Assembly: GCF_048593235.1 (NCBI RefSeq)
Contig: NC_133617.1
Span: 419,286,958 to 419,350,957, forward strand
Reading direction: 5' to 3'
Length of the DNA: 64,000 nucleotides
Origin: Sminthopsis crassicaudata
Taxonomy: Eukaryota
A program made the translations under genes and the position numbers. How positions within the stretch are numbered: the first letter of the stretch is position 1; each line of letters opens with the position of its first letter. Positions 1 to 11,970 of the stretch are shown one piece after another. Under the pieces are notes generated by a model, which did no database searches, had not been told where the DNA came from, and saw nothing but the letters and a program-made list of their open reading frames with translations.

Positions 1-298
1 TCTTGCAGATACATGGTGACTTTGGCTCCTCCACCCTTCTCTCACAGCAGGGCCTACAAGCAGAACCAGGAGCGCAGGAGTTGGCCTGGTACAGGAGCCC
101 CGGGCTGTCATCCCCCAGACTCCTGGAACGGAGGGAGGTCTGAGGGGGGTCTGAGGGAGTGGCGGGGCCTAGCAAAGAGGTTATTGCGAAGGGCGGGTAT
201 TCTGGAGAGCTATAGGTTCTAGGGGGGAAAGGCTGGCTGCTGGAGTAGTAGTGGTCAGTCAGGGGTCACTTGGGGAAAAACCAGTGTCCAGCTCTCAC

Positions 299-430
299 CC
301 CTCTCCAGGCCCCGATGGATGTCCAGAGCATGATCCTTCATGAATCGCTGGGCCAAGCCGGCTCCCAGGGTCAGGGCATTAGCCAGGACGGTGAGCTCCA
401 GAGGAAGGACAGAAAGAGCTGGAGGGAGCC
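299..430 (-). CDS. FANCG: FANCG coding exon 3 ([44 protein letters not shown])
   Basis: CTAG acceptor, G|GTGAGA donor, 132 nt. Strong likeness to human [15 protein letters not shown]...DIQRSLER. The rest of the gene lies left of the window. Confidence 0.93.
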
Positions 431-640
431 CTAGAGCCATACGCCAGCAATCACTAAGAGCTCCTCCAGCCGGGCCTTTTCCTTCTTCAATCAGGAAGCT
501 CCGACTTCCACCTCGACTTAAAAGCCCCAGGGCCTAGACCGAGCTCTCCTCTGGTAACGTCCCCCTCCAAACGCGCTACCCCTCCGAAGGGGCAGTGCAA
601 GATCGCCCGCTCTCAGGCCCCCTCCGCACTCGCGCCGTAC

Positions 641-731
641 CCCATAGCCTGTGGAGGAGCCCCCGGAGTCTGTCCAGGACATGATGAGCAGCCTGCTGCT
701 TCAAGGGCTGGCCCGAGTCCCGAGCCACCAC
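641..731 (-). CDS. FANCG: FANCG coding exon 2 (VVARDSGQPLKQQAAHHVLDRLRGLLHRLW-G)
   Basis: CTGCAG acceptor, G|GTACGG donor, 91 nt. Resembles human ALEGLRGLLHSLQG. Confidence 0.9.
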
Positions 732-1183
732 CTGCAGACCCGGGAAAGCCGTCAGCGGGAGCCGCTCGGCGCCCGGGAGAAGGGAGAAGCCGGGCCGGAG
801 CCAGGCGCGGCTCAGGCCCGTGAGGGCCGGGACCTGGAGGCGGCGGCGGTCTCCGCGAGGACAGAGGCAAGGCTCAGCAGGGTGGGCCCCTGGGGGCGGG
901 ACTGACTGGCTTAGCCCGTGGGGGTGGGAAAGTCTCGCAGCGGGCCTCGGTAAGGGGCTCAAAGAGCACTGCATGCCCACCGGAGGAAGACTCCGGCTAA
1001 GGGGGGGAGGGGTGGGAGGTGGCGGAGTTTCCGTGCAGAGCAGGACATCAGTGGGCAAGAGCTGTCACTAGGGTGGGGGTCCATAGAGGGGTGGGGCAAG
1101 TGAGGGCAGCGTGCCAAAGGGGGCGTTACGGGGCAGAAAGGGGGCGTCTCTTTGGGTGGGGGAATTGCAGGAACCGACCTTAC

Positions 1184-1273
1184 CCTCCACTGCCGGACCA
1201 GTTGATCATTTTCCTCCCTCCACAGGCGCAGGCAGCCGGGGTGAGCCGGGGGCGCGGTGGGGCCCGGGGACAT
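1184..1273 (-). CDS. FANCG: FANCG coding exon 1 (MSPGPTAPPAHPGCLRLWREENDQLVRQWR)
   Basis: ATG at 1273 and donor AGG|GTAAGG at 1184. The peptide resembles the human FANCG N-terminus (CLDLWREKNDRLVRQAK). Phase 0. Confidence 0.9.
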
Positions 1274-1731
1274 GCTGCTCCCGGCCACCGCCCGGGTATT
1301 TCTCAGGGCTATTCGAAGTCCGGCACGCCCGGGAGGACAGCGGAGACTGCCAAGGTGTCCCAGGCCAGCGGCAACTCGCGGGAAGGGAGCTCACATATGC
1401 GCACATCTGAGGGTACGCTCACCCAACACGGGGCCTAGAAGAGGCGTCCCTCCGCCCACGCAGGCGCTAAAGTCGGAGCGGATAGGCCAACTATATACAG
1501 TCCTCAGCCGCGATTGGCTTTCCAAAGAAAGGGCGGGAGCCGCGGGAAACCTGGAGACGCCATGGGGGAATGCCTCCTCAAGAAGAGGATCTGCTAAAAC
1601 TGTTACAGGATATGAGGGAGGGGAGTGATGTGCCGTCGGTTTGGGGGGTGGGCATAACCTCCCCTCCTCGCTGTCTCCTCATGGGCATCCGGGGTAATGG
1701 AAGCTGCATCCCTGAGCTCCCTCTCCCGCAA

Positions 1732-1793
1732 ACCATACGTCCCAGCATGCTTCAGGAGGTCACTACTTTTCAGGGCATGCTGGGAATTGTAGT
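1732..1793. promoter_or_regulatory. Inverted pair of ZNF143/THAP11 (SBS) motifs
   Basis: GCATGCTGGGAATTGTAGT at 1775-1793 is the reverse complement of ACTACAATTCCCAGCATGC. ACCATACGTCCCAGCATGC at 1732-1750 is a 15/19 match on the other strand. Confidence 0.7.
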
Positions 1794-3159
1794 CAAGAGT
1801 GAAGAGCTTTGCCGGCCTACCGGTTATTGTGGGGGAAAGAAGGCCTGCCAGATCACCAGCCTGCCTCTTAACCAGGTACTATACTAACTCCTACCCAGTG
1901 GAGAGCGCATCCTTATATCCTTCTTTGTAGCCTCCCTATTCAAACTCTCATTCCTTCCCAAGTCTCAGATCTCTTCTTGCAGTCTAGCCTCCTATTGCTC
2001 CTAATGGCCTGGGAAGGATGACATCTCTCCGGAATTTACACTTGTACTTCCACTCCCTGTAATCGGATTCTGTTATCACCTTACAGAACCTTTTCTTCAG
2101 ACTCACTTCCTGATGTCCAAATGCCCTTTTTCTTCAGTGCTTGTTTTCTGACCTCTCCACTGCTTCTGTTACTCTTCTTTCTTTCTTGAAAATGTCTTTT
2201 CATTTTAAAATAGGAATGAAAATACTAGCAATCTACTAAGTGCCAGTCACTTTGCTAAAAACTTCATAAATATCATCTTATCTGAACCACAGAAGAATTC
2301 TAGGAGGTTGGTATTATCATTTTATAATTCAGGAAAATGAAGCAGAAAGTTTAAGGGATTTACCCAGAGTCATTCTGGTAATATATGTCAGAGGTCACAT
2401 TTGAACTCCTGGACCAGCTCCTCTTTAGGTAGCACAGTAGATCAAATGGAATATTTGTAGAGTTTAGCACAGTGCTTGGGGCATATTAGGTGTTATAATG
2501 TCCAGGCTAGCTCTCTGGAGGACCTCGGGATCAGTCAGAGTCAGGATCAAAGCCCTTTAGGGGGAGAAGTGAAGGAGATGAATCCTGGACTCTGGAGTCC
2601 GGAGCTTCTCTCTCCCCCTTGTCCTTGGCAGAGTGACTCTCTCCCCCAGCCCTCCAATCCTTGCCTAGGATGACCTCACCACCACACATTCAGCAAGCAC
2701 CAATGGTGAGGAGAGCCATCACATCACCATCTCATCTAAATATATGGATATAGAGCTATTATCTCACATGGAATAGGTTATTAGTCTGAAGTGCTCTGCT
2801 GTCTTAGATTCAAGTACATCTTTTCAGTTTCAGCCCTCTACAGGTGTTTAATAAATTCTTGTTCCCTGACTAAACCAGCAGTTGTCCTGAAAGGGATCTG
2901 GAGATTTTGGCAGATTGCATGCTCAATGTAAGTCAGTAGTGAGATGTGACAGCAAAAAAAACCCGAATGCAACCTTTGGCTGATTATGAACAACACAGTA
3001 AGGGAGGTGATAATACTACAATCCCTATTCTTAAAAAGTTTCATCTGGAGTATTGTATTTAGAGCTGCACACAAAGATTTAAAGATGGTGATAAACTGGA
3101 GTGTCCAGATTTGGAAACGAATGGGATAAACTGAATAAAAAGCTGTCATAAGAATATAG

Positions 3160-3460
3160 GCAAACCAGTTCCAGTGATCTTGAGATGAAGAGAGCACCTG
3201 CATCCAGAGAAAGAACTGTGGGAACTGAGTGTGAATCACAACATAACATTTTCACATTTTGTTTTTTTTTTTCCTTTTTGATCTAATTTTTCTTGTGCGG
3301 CATAATTAATGTGGAAACACGTATAGATGTTTAACATATTGGATTACTTGCCATCTATGGGAGAGGGTCGAGAGAAAGGGGGGGAAATTTGAAACACAAA
3401 GGTTTTGCAAGGGTCAATGTTGAAAAATTATCCATGGAAAAAAAGCTTTAATAAAAAAAC
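3160..3460 (+). mobile_element. L1 3' end fragment (marsupial L1 3'UTR)
   Basis: CATCCAGAGAAAGAACTGTGGG...GGTTTTGCAAGGGTCAATGTTGAAAAATTATCCATG then AATAAAAAAA. It shares sequence with the L1 at 5364-5744. Confidence 0.75.
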
Positions 3461-4679
3461 ATGTATCCTTGACCTGTTGCCCTGTGATTTGAGACTTTGC
3501 AATAACAAGTTGAGTTATAGCTAAGATAATTGAACACTTGCAGCTTTTAAAGTTACATTCCCCTCCAATCTTGACCCTGACCCCTGACCCCCTACCTTTT
3601 CATTACCATTAAGTTCTTAAAAGGGGAAAGAGTGTATCATTGGCTAGTATCCTTTGTTTCTGGGGTAGATTTTTAGTCTCTGGATAGATTTCTCAGTTAG
3701 GAGGTAAGCCTGGATTCCCCTAGCCAAAAAGAAGATTAGAAGGGAGTAGGGGCTTCAGCATTAGGATCTATATAATCTTGTTGGCAGACTGTGCTGTGCA
3801 CTTCTCTTGCCACATCATCTTTTTTGGGAATTGCCCTTGCTTGTGAGAGCCCAATGAAGCCTTTTTGCTTTTTACCTTGAGAGTCTCTGATTTTAATTTG
3901 GGTAAAGGTCAAGAAGCAATCATGAAGGGCTATCCAGTTATATCCAGTGAAGGGCTGGGCATGTTCAGCCTATAGAAAAAAAAAACTGGGGGAGAATATA
4001 ATTGTATTCAAGTATTTGAAGGATTGATGAAGTCTTCAATGTTAGGTGTGGTTAGTAGAGGAATTGATCCCTGGGGCCAGCAGGCAGAAGGCACTGATAA
4101 TTTAGCTCCACTGTCCCACTCTGAAATTCAAGTTATGTCAAATCCCACCTTCTGTAGAGGTCTCAAGCAGTTTCACATTACCATGCCAGAAATCCCAGTT
4201 ATGTCTCTGAGGTGAAAATTTCCCTATAAAATCTACTTATGAGCCATCTCCTGGCTGCTGCCCCACTTTGGCTAAGTCATCCATAGCACCATGCCTCATG
4301 CTACAATGGTATCTCCCCTAACTCCACTCTATTTCCCACTCCTATTTCTCCTTTCAGCTAACTAACTCTTTTAGGGTGCTAAGTCCCTTTTAGAATTTAG
4401 CTGGCAGCTAAGGACATGCCTCAACCTCATGGGGTGCTTGCTTTCTATCCAGTAATTTTGAGTTCCCCTGAGGAAACATGCTCTCCCGCTCTATTTCATA
4501 TTTACCATTCCTGGTGTCTATTGTATCCCTTCATTTTGTCTGCAACCTCTTTCCTAAATAAATCTACCCTTTGCTAAAGAGAATGGTCATTCCAGCAGGA
4601 TGATTTCAGAGAGTCCTGGAGAGACTTACATTAACTGATGCTAAGTGAAATGAGCAGAACCAGATCATTATATACACTT

Positions 4680-5359
4680 TGAATGAGATGAGGTGAGATC
4701 TTTCAAGACAGTTGTGAAAATCAAGTAAGGCTTCATCTACTTCAGAGTTTTGAGTAGGTCTGAAGGACTTGGAGGATTGAGTCAAGGGCATACCTAAATC
4801 CCTTTCCTGCTATCCTCCCATTACATCATTTCCTCCCAATTTCAGTCAAATATGGGCAATTATGTACTTATTGGTCAAGTTCAATTTCGTGGGTAGATCT
4901 CGAGTTTAGAATGTGAGACCCTCAGCCAATGAGGATGAGGGTCAGTGGTAGGAGGGGGTGTTTGAGTTAGGGATTAAAAGTGTTAATCCTGCCCCAGAAG
5001 GTGCTTCCTCCCTTCACTGGTCTGCCCTAGGGTGGGACACACTTTTCTAGAGAATGTATAATAAACTTTGTTTTGCTTCTAGAGCTCTCTTCAGCTTTTT
5101 TTTTTTCTTGATTTTTAAATAGTTTTTATTTACCATATATTTGTATGGGTAATTTTACAATGTTGACAATTGCCAAGCCTTTTGTTCCAATTTTTTCCCT
5201 CCTTCCCCCCCCCCCAAGATGGCAGGTTGACCAATACATGTTAAATATGTTAGATTATAAATTAAATACAATATATGTATACATGACCAAACAGTTGTTT
5301 TGTTCAGCTTTTTTTTTTATTAAATGGTGACTGACCCCTCACCATTTCTGTACCACACA
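4680..5359 (+). mobile_element. ERV solo LTR (LTR-B) inserted in the L1
   Basis: TG...CA termini with 4-bp TSD ACTT (4676-4679 and 5360-5363). CCAAT near 4925, TATA-like near 4971, AATAAA near 5060. Confidence 0.75.
5096..5302 (-). mobile_element. Short L1 3' end inserted in LTR-B
   Basis: Starts with a poly-T and is the reverse complement of an L1 3'UTR. Flanked by TTCAGC+T-run at 5090 and 5303. Confidence 0.75.
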
Positions 5360-6015
5360 ACTTCAACAATACTATTATGAGGATCAATTCTGATGTTAGT
5401 GGCTCTCTTCAGCAATGAGAGGATCCAAATCAGTTCCAATTGATCAGTGATGGACAGAACCAGAGAGAGGCCTGTGGGAAATGAATGTAGACTGCTTGAA
5501 TTTTTGTTTTTCTTCCAAGGTTATTTTTACCTTTCTAAATCCAATTTTTCTTTGTATACATATATTGTATTTAATTAAGATATACTTTAACATGTTTAAC
5601 ATGTATGAGGGTGCCTGCCATCTAGGGGAGGGGGTGGAAGGAAGGAAGGGAAAATTTGGAACAGAAGTGATTGCAAGGGACAATGTTGAAAAATTACCCA
5701 TGCATATGTTCTGTCAATAAAAAGCTATAATAATAATAATAAAAAAAGAGAATGGTCATTGGGTATTCTTCATATGACCAAACCCCAACTTTTGGTGCCT
5801 GCCATAATCAGGTGTCTACATTAACTACATCATTTTGGTGTTTGAACCACATACCTTTGTTGTTCAAAATACATCAGGGTAGTCATTTGGATAAGGGACT
5901 AGGCCAGCAGTAATAGATGGAAGTTTTAAAAAAGTCAATTTAAGTGTATTATCAATATCAATTAAAAACACACACACACACACACAAACTTCCTTAAAAA
6001 TGATAGTGATGGGGG

Positions 6016-6553
6016 TGTGAAACTGTTCCCTTTTGATCTGTAAAATTTAATTTTTGTCTGAAATTCTGTCCCCTTTGATTCCTGGCCTCCCAGACTTCCT
6101 GGAGTCAGAACATATTTCCCCAGATAAGTTAAACATTGTTATTCAATTGGAAATCTTGGTCAAAAGCCCTCCATTGATCTTTTGGGGGTACTGCTTCTTC
6201 AGGAAATTCCAATTCTCAGAAAACGATCTTGGTCTGATAATCAGCTCAACTGCCCCCAGCCCCCTGCCCAGAACTGCTCATAAAGGTTTCTGTTCATTCA
6301 TTACTTTGCAAAATGTCTAAAACAGAACTATGCCTTATCCCCTGATATAGCTGCCTCTCAGGGTTCTTGCCTGCTGTGAAGATACATTCTCTTCTCAATG
6401 AAAAACCTTTTGTTATTTATGCCACTGAGATAGTCAGTCTCCTAACAAAGCTAACCTCTGCAGTGCTAATAAAACTTCCTTGTTGCCATTAATATTTCAG
6501 GTTTGTGAATTCTTTCATGAAGGACCTGTACCGACCAAAAGGGGGTTCCCACA
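6016..6553 (+). mobile_element. Probable solo LTR
   Basis: TGTGAAACT...GGGGTTCCCACA termini and AATAAAAC near 6468. No clear TSD. Confidence 0.5.
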
Positions 6554-8419
6554 ACTCTCTGACAGCCATTAGAACCTCATCAATAGCAGTCCCAAAGTAG
6601 AATGATTTTTCTCAAAAGGAGATAGATTTCCCTTCCTTGGAGGTTTTCAGGCAGAGACCAGAACCCACACTTGCGGGGCTTGTCAGTAGAAATCTTTTAA
6701 TGTATAAATTGGAGTAGATGGCTATGCTATCTTCTCCCACTCCCAAATTCTGTAATTCCTTAACCAATCAGCTGCCTATGGTATCATGCTATAGTGGTTA
6801 GAGAGCTTCCTCGGATATTAAGAACACCCAAGTACAAGTCTTGCCTCTGATGCTCTAACCCTAGACAGATCACTTCTCAGTGCTGAAAACAACTCTCTTA
6901 AGACTAAGTTTCAGAGTAGGTACTGATGAACATTAGTAGAGGGAGATTCATCATCTAGGAATTTTCTGCATCAATAGTTCTGTCCTTATCCCTATCCCAA
7001 TTCTTATGTGTAGGGCACTGTGCTAAGTACAGGGGAATACAAAGATAAAAGTGAAAAGGCCTTGTACTCAACTCAAAAGTAGTTTACATTCTGTTTGAGA
7101 AGACATGTACATAAAACAAATACATACAAAATAAATGCAAGGTGGCTTTGGGAGAAAGTGCACTAGCTGCTAGTATGTAGAAGGTGGTACTAGAGCTCAG
7201 TCTTAAAAGAAAACCCTAGAAGTTTGGAGTGAGACCTGGTATAAGTGACAGCTAATAGAGATAGGAGGGAATTGGACTACAATGTGTGCAGAAGAATAAA
7301 TATGGCTGGACCAAGTAAATGGAGAATAATAATATGCAAAAAGATGGGAAAAGTAGGAAGAGGACATTGAAGGTCAAAGGAGACTCCAAAAGGTTGGGGT
7401 TGCAGACCAGTGTTGTGAGGTTTCTCAGAAGAATTTGCAGGTTTGAACCCATTTCTAAGTCAAGGGGCAAAGTTTATTACAATTGCAACCCAACTGAAGC
7501 GGGCTAAGTTCCAAAAGGATTTAGCAAACAACCAGTAACAAGAAGATAAATTTATAGGAAAAAGACAGAGAAATGTGGTGCTTCATGTCATTGATATGCT
7601 AATTTTATGGCTTAGAGGTAGAATTGAGGAGTGGTTGGTCTGGTATGCACCTCACAAGGTTGGAGTAACTGAGATAGAGAGTGAAAACAGAATGATAGTA
7701 CATTATACAATAAGGAAGTTTAACATAAAGATATTAAGTTCTATTTTATACAAATTGCATCAGATTATCAATAGAACATCCAGTTCAAAATATCAAATTG
7801 TGGTAATTAAGAACTGGAGCACAGAGATATATCCATCTGAGAGTTTTTTTTAACATAAAAGTGATGAGGTCAAGTAAGAGACTGTAAACAGAAAAGAGAA
7901 ACCAGGTTGTTTGTCTCTAGTGCAATATTTTTTTAACTTCCCATAATAGCTATCTTAGACCATTCCCTGACAAGATTTTGTATTTAGTAGGTAATATGTT
8001 GCCATTGAAGGTTTCTGCAAGATTAGGCAAGAGAGGATGTAAGATCAATTGAATGGGAGAGGCAAGAAAACTAGTTGCTGTTGGAATAGTCTAAGAGGGA
8101 AGTAATGAATACCAGCATTAGACTCATAACAATGGACAAGGAAAGTAGTGATTTGAGAGATTACAAAATAAGGATTTGGTTACTGATTGGTTGTGGGGAT
8201 TGTTAAGAGAAGCCACATATGATGTTGAGGTTTCAAGCTTGAGTGACTTAATATGCTATTTATAGGAAAGAAGAAATCATAGAATTACAGATTAGTCATC
8301 TAGCTTTGTCTGAAGATTTCTTTATCTCAAGATTTCTGCGTTGGGGAACACAATAATTGACAAGGCAATCCCCAATAATTGACAAGGCAATCATTCAACT
8401 TGTGATTACCTATACTTAT

Positions 8420-10260
8420 TAGAAATCTTTCCCCAACATTGACCCCAATGTTGATTCTATGACTTCTTCCAGATATTCATAATTTTTTTCTTTGGGGACA
8501 AAGAAGACGAGGTCTGGTTCCTCCTTTACATAACAGTCCTTCAGATATTTGGACATGAATAACATGCATCTACCTCTTCTTTTTAACATGCACTTATTCA
8601 TTCCTTTTATTTAGACAAGGCAATTGGGGCTAAGTGGCTTGCATGCAACTAGTAAGTGTTAAGTATCTGAGGCCAGATCAGAACTCAGGTCCCTCTGCTT
8701 CTCTTCTTTAGGCCAAATACCCAGTTTTATCAAGCAATCCTCTTACAGCTTCATCTTAAAGACTCTCACCATTCTAATCACAATCCTCTAGACCAGGGGT
8801 TCTCAAACTCAGCCCGAAGGGTTATGGGGCTGAGGGGCGGAATGTAAGTTTTTGTTTTTACTATAGTCCAGCCCTCCCACAGTCCGAGGGACAGTGAACT
8901 GGCCCCCTATTTAAAAAGTCTAAGGACCATTGCTCTAGACACTACAGGTTGACTAGATCCTTCCCAAAATGTGGTCTCCAGGAAAGAACATGATACTCAA
9001 TTCAGCAAACATTTAGGTACAATTGGACAATCATACTTCCTTGTGTTCTGGATACCCTTTCTCACTATGGTCTGATGGCGTATTAAGTTTCTGTTACACT
9101 GTTGACTTTGAAATGTAAGGTTATAAAAACTGCAGATCCTTTCTACACAAATTGGTTTTTGGCTATGCCTCCTATTTGGCAAATGTGAAAATACTTTTTT
9201 AATCTAAATGTAATAGGATTAGCAAAATTTTCCAATTCAGCTTCTCTGACAAAATTTCCTCCCATGTAATCTCATTGACCTCAGTATTCCTGATGCAGCT
9301 TTCTATTGTAGGGACAAAAAAGGAATGGGCACCTCTCAGACTTGGTGAGTACCTGACGTATAACTAGTCACTATGCCCTAATGATTGACTAACCAGATGA
9401 GTTTTTTGATGGAGAAAAGGGTCTACACCATCCAGGGAAGCTAGGGGTCAATGTATCCTTGTTGCACAGACTTGTTATTCAAGGGCAAAGAAAAACTCTT
9501 CCTTTGTTAAATGTTCATTAACTTGCAAGTGCCTCATTTTGTCCCAACACTGAACCCAAACTAAGAGAATGCTGGCTTTAGAGCATCTCCAACACCAGTT
9601 AGGGTTAGGGTTAGATTTTACATTTGTTTCTATAAAAGCCTAAAATCGCAGCTAGAACACTTTAGAGATTATTTAGTTATAATTCAAGTGCTCTTCCATG
9701 TAATTAAGGACCTCTACCATAAGTGAATTCAATATTACAAAGGCAATTCATCTCACTTTTAGACAGTTCTACTATAAAATTTGTCTCTTCATTGAGGTAA
9801 GATAAAACTTTTTACCTTTTTCACTCTCAATCAAATCAGAGTAAGTCTGATTGTTCTTCAACATTAGCCTTCAATAATAATGCCTTCCCTCGCCACCATT
9901 GTATTTTCTCTAACCAATTCTTAAAACTACTTTCCTTTTCATAGGATGTTTTTTTTAGGCCACTTTACCATCTTGGTCACCTTTTTCTGGTGCTTGTTAA
10001 TGGTCTTAAACTGTAGTTCCAGGACTGAATGTAATACTACAAAGTACATTCCATTTCTTGATTTTGATCAAAAATTTTTTTTCTTCAACCCTAAAATCAT
10101 TCTATTTGCTTCATCTGACTATAGAGCAAATGGTAAAGTTAGAGGCCCTGGGCCTTCTGATCAGGAGACTGATTTACCAGGAATGGACTTAACATACAGT
10201 GCTGACTCACAATCCACAAAGGTTCATCCTTTGAATGGGCATTTTCTTTTAAACTAATCT
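8420..10260 (-). mobile_element. Fragmented ancient CR1/L3 LINE
   Basis: Degraded L3-like segments, for example TCCCAAAATGTGGTCTCCAGGAAAGAACATGATACTC at about 8960. Interrupted by SINE and MITE insertions. Confidence 0.55.
8794..8932 (+). mobile_element. Non-autonomous hAT (OC1/OposCharlie1-like) MITE, internally deleted
   Basis: Termini CAGGGGTTCTCAAACT...AGTCTAAGGACCATTG with perfect 8-bp TSD CTCTAGAC (8786-8793 and 8933-8940). The subterminal GAGGGACAGTGAACTGGCCCCCT resembles OC1. Confidence 0.8.
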
Positions 10261-11221
10261 TGAAGGTCATAATAGATGAACAATCAAGAATATATCAGTT
10301 TGAAGGAAGCAGAAGGGGCACTGAATACAGCCATTGATCACTTGAGAAAAGAGAAAAAGGAAAATCAGCAGGAGATGGGTTCTATACTTGGTGGTGTCAC
10401 TAAATTACCATGTGGTCTTGGGCAAGTTATTTCCCCTATAAAACTATATAATCTTTAAATTCCCTTCCAAGTTTCACATTTTGAGATATACAGTCTCCCT
10501 ACCCCAATTCCATTCTAACCTCCCTAAGTCTGTGAAGCTACTTTTACTAGATAGAATTCTGACTCAGTAATGATTTGTCTCATAATCCCAGAGAAGGCTG
10601 TAATTGGCTGAGCTGGTAAAGACATATTTAGTGCATCTTAAGACTAGAGATTTGGGGAACACTATCAAATTTTCTCATGGGGTAGGAGTATCCATTTTCA
10701 GTATAATGCAGACATCTTCAGCACAAAACACCAATATTCCTTCTTTTAACTATGCCCCCTGAGCCCCTAAAATGTCACAATGTATAAGATTGAAATAAAA
10801 GAGTCGGGTAACCTTCCCTTTCCATGGATCCCATTAGAGAACACTGACCAAGAATATGGCCAATAATTCACACCCTCCTAAGGTTCTGGTATGGTTGGTA
10901 TAGCTGCCTCTCTCCCATTTTCGGATTATCACACTACCAATCTAGAGAGTCCAACCTATGGGTTTTACAGTACTCCAATCAAAAGGTCCTCTAAAGAACT
11001 TTAGAAGGCAAAAGGTTGAGTCTTGGGGCCAGGAATTCTTAACCTAGGGACCATGAATCTGTTTTTAGAAAAATTTTTTATGACTACATTTCAATATAAC
11101 TTGTTTTTTTTGCTTTATGCATTTAAAAACATTATTCTGAGGAGTTTATAAACTCCATAGATGGTTAGTGGCCTGTAACAAAACAAGTTAAGAATTCCTA
11201 CTCCAGGCCATCTTCTTTCCC

Positions 11222-11380
11222 TTTATTTATTTTTAAAAGCTTTTTATTTTTCAAAACATACGCGTGGACAATTCTTTAACATTAGCCCTTGCAAAAACCT
11301 TGTGTTCCAATTTCCCCTCCCTTCCCCCCAGATAGCAAGTAGTCCAATATATCTTAAACATGGTAGAAATATATCTTTTA
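11222..11380 (-). mobile_element. L1 3' end fragment
   Basis: Reverse complement of the same L1 3'UTR seen at 3300-3460 (CCTTGCAAAAACCTTGTGTTCCAATTT). Confidence 0.7.
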
Positions 11381-11749
11381 CTTCTTTCTTGAATCTTCAT
11401 ACAAATACTATTCCCTGTATTTTGAAGTGCAGGACTGAAGATAATTTTTGGATTTTGACTGTGATCTGTTAGCTGTTTCAGATTTCTATTGTCTGAAAAT
11501 TTAATAAGCATGTTATCATCACCCATATAATTTAAAGAAATGTTGAACAGTGCAGGATAAAGATAAATCCCTGGAGTATTCCACCAGAGACAGTCCTTCT
11601 AATTGACACCATTCCATTATCAACTACTCTTTTTAGCTCAGTTGCTAAGTCAATTCCAAATTTGCCTGGTAGATAGGCTAATCCATACTTCTCTTATTCA
11701 TAGGAGTAGCATGATTTCCAGTGTAATTAATTCTCTGGGTCTCAGTTTC

Positions 11750-11970
11750 TCGTGCTGGAGTCAGGAAGACCCAAATTTAAATCTAGCTTAAAATATTTAC
11801 TAAATATTTTACTAAATACTTACTAAAATTGTGTGACCTTGAGCAAATTGTTTAACATGTCTGCCTCCGTTTCCTCAACTGTAAAAAGGAAATAACAGCA
11901 CCTACCTTCCAGAGTCATTGTGAGGATCAAATGACATAGTATTTGCAAAGCTCTTAGTATACTGCTTTAC
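11750..11970 (+). mobile_element. MIR-type CORE SINE with a local AATATTTACT triplication
   Basis: TGTGTGACCTTGAGCAA...CCGTTTCCTCAACTGTAAAA core followed by TTGTGAGGATCAAATGA. Confidence 0.65.

Larger units (their letters stand above)
560..1570. promoter_or_regulatory. FANCG CpG island and promoter with inverted CCAAT box (GATTGGC 1512-1518), GC box and E2F site (GCGGGAAA 1542-1549)
   Basis: High CpG density covers exons 1-2, and the motifs are read directly upstream of exon 1. Confidence 0.75.
4592..5744 (+). mobile_element. 5'-truncated L1 (ORF2 end plus 3'UTR), interrupted by LTR-B
   Basis: 16-bp TSD AAAGAGAATGGTCATT at 4576-4591 and 5745-5760. ORF2-end motif GAACTGATGCTAAGTGAAATGAGCAGAACC-like. 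AATAAA at 5716, then a (TAA)n/A tail. Confidence 0.85.
4136..5820 (+). mobile_element. Probable ERV solo LTR (LTR-A), split by an L1 insertion; ends approximate
   Basis: TATA-like CTATAAAA near 4222 and AATAAA near 4556. The sequence resumes after the L1 target-site duplication at 5761. No terminal TSD could be read. Confidence 0.5.

Noticed and set aside
1-218. Possible FANCG exon 4 using acceptors at 218 or 168
   Set aside because: The acceptor at 218 gives an in-frame TAA. The acceptor at 168 gives a peptide with no likeness to FANCG exon 4. The exon probably lies outside the window.
8351-8392. Short direct repeats (22-bp period here; also 42285-42317 and 62496-62539)
   Set aside because: Two-copy local slippage duplications without spacers. 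Not CRISPR-like, and the DNA is eukaryotic.
10640-10980. Segment whose reverse translation faintly recalls an SH2 C-terminus (RKFDSVPQI)
   Set aside because: Too short, broken by stops, and not assignable to a parent gene without a search.
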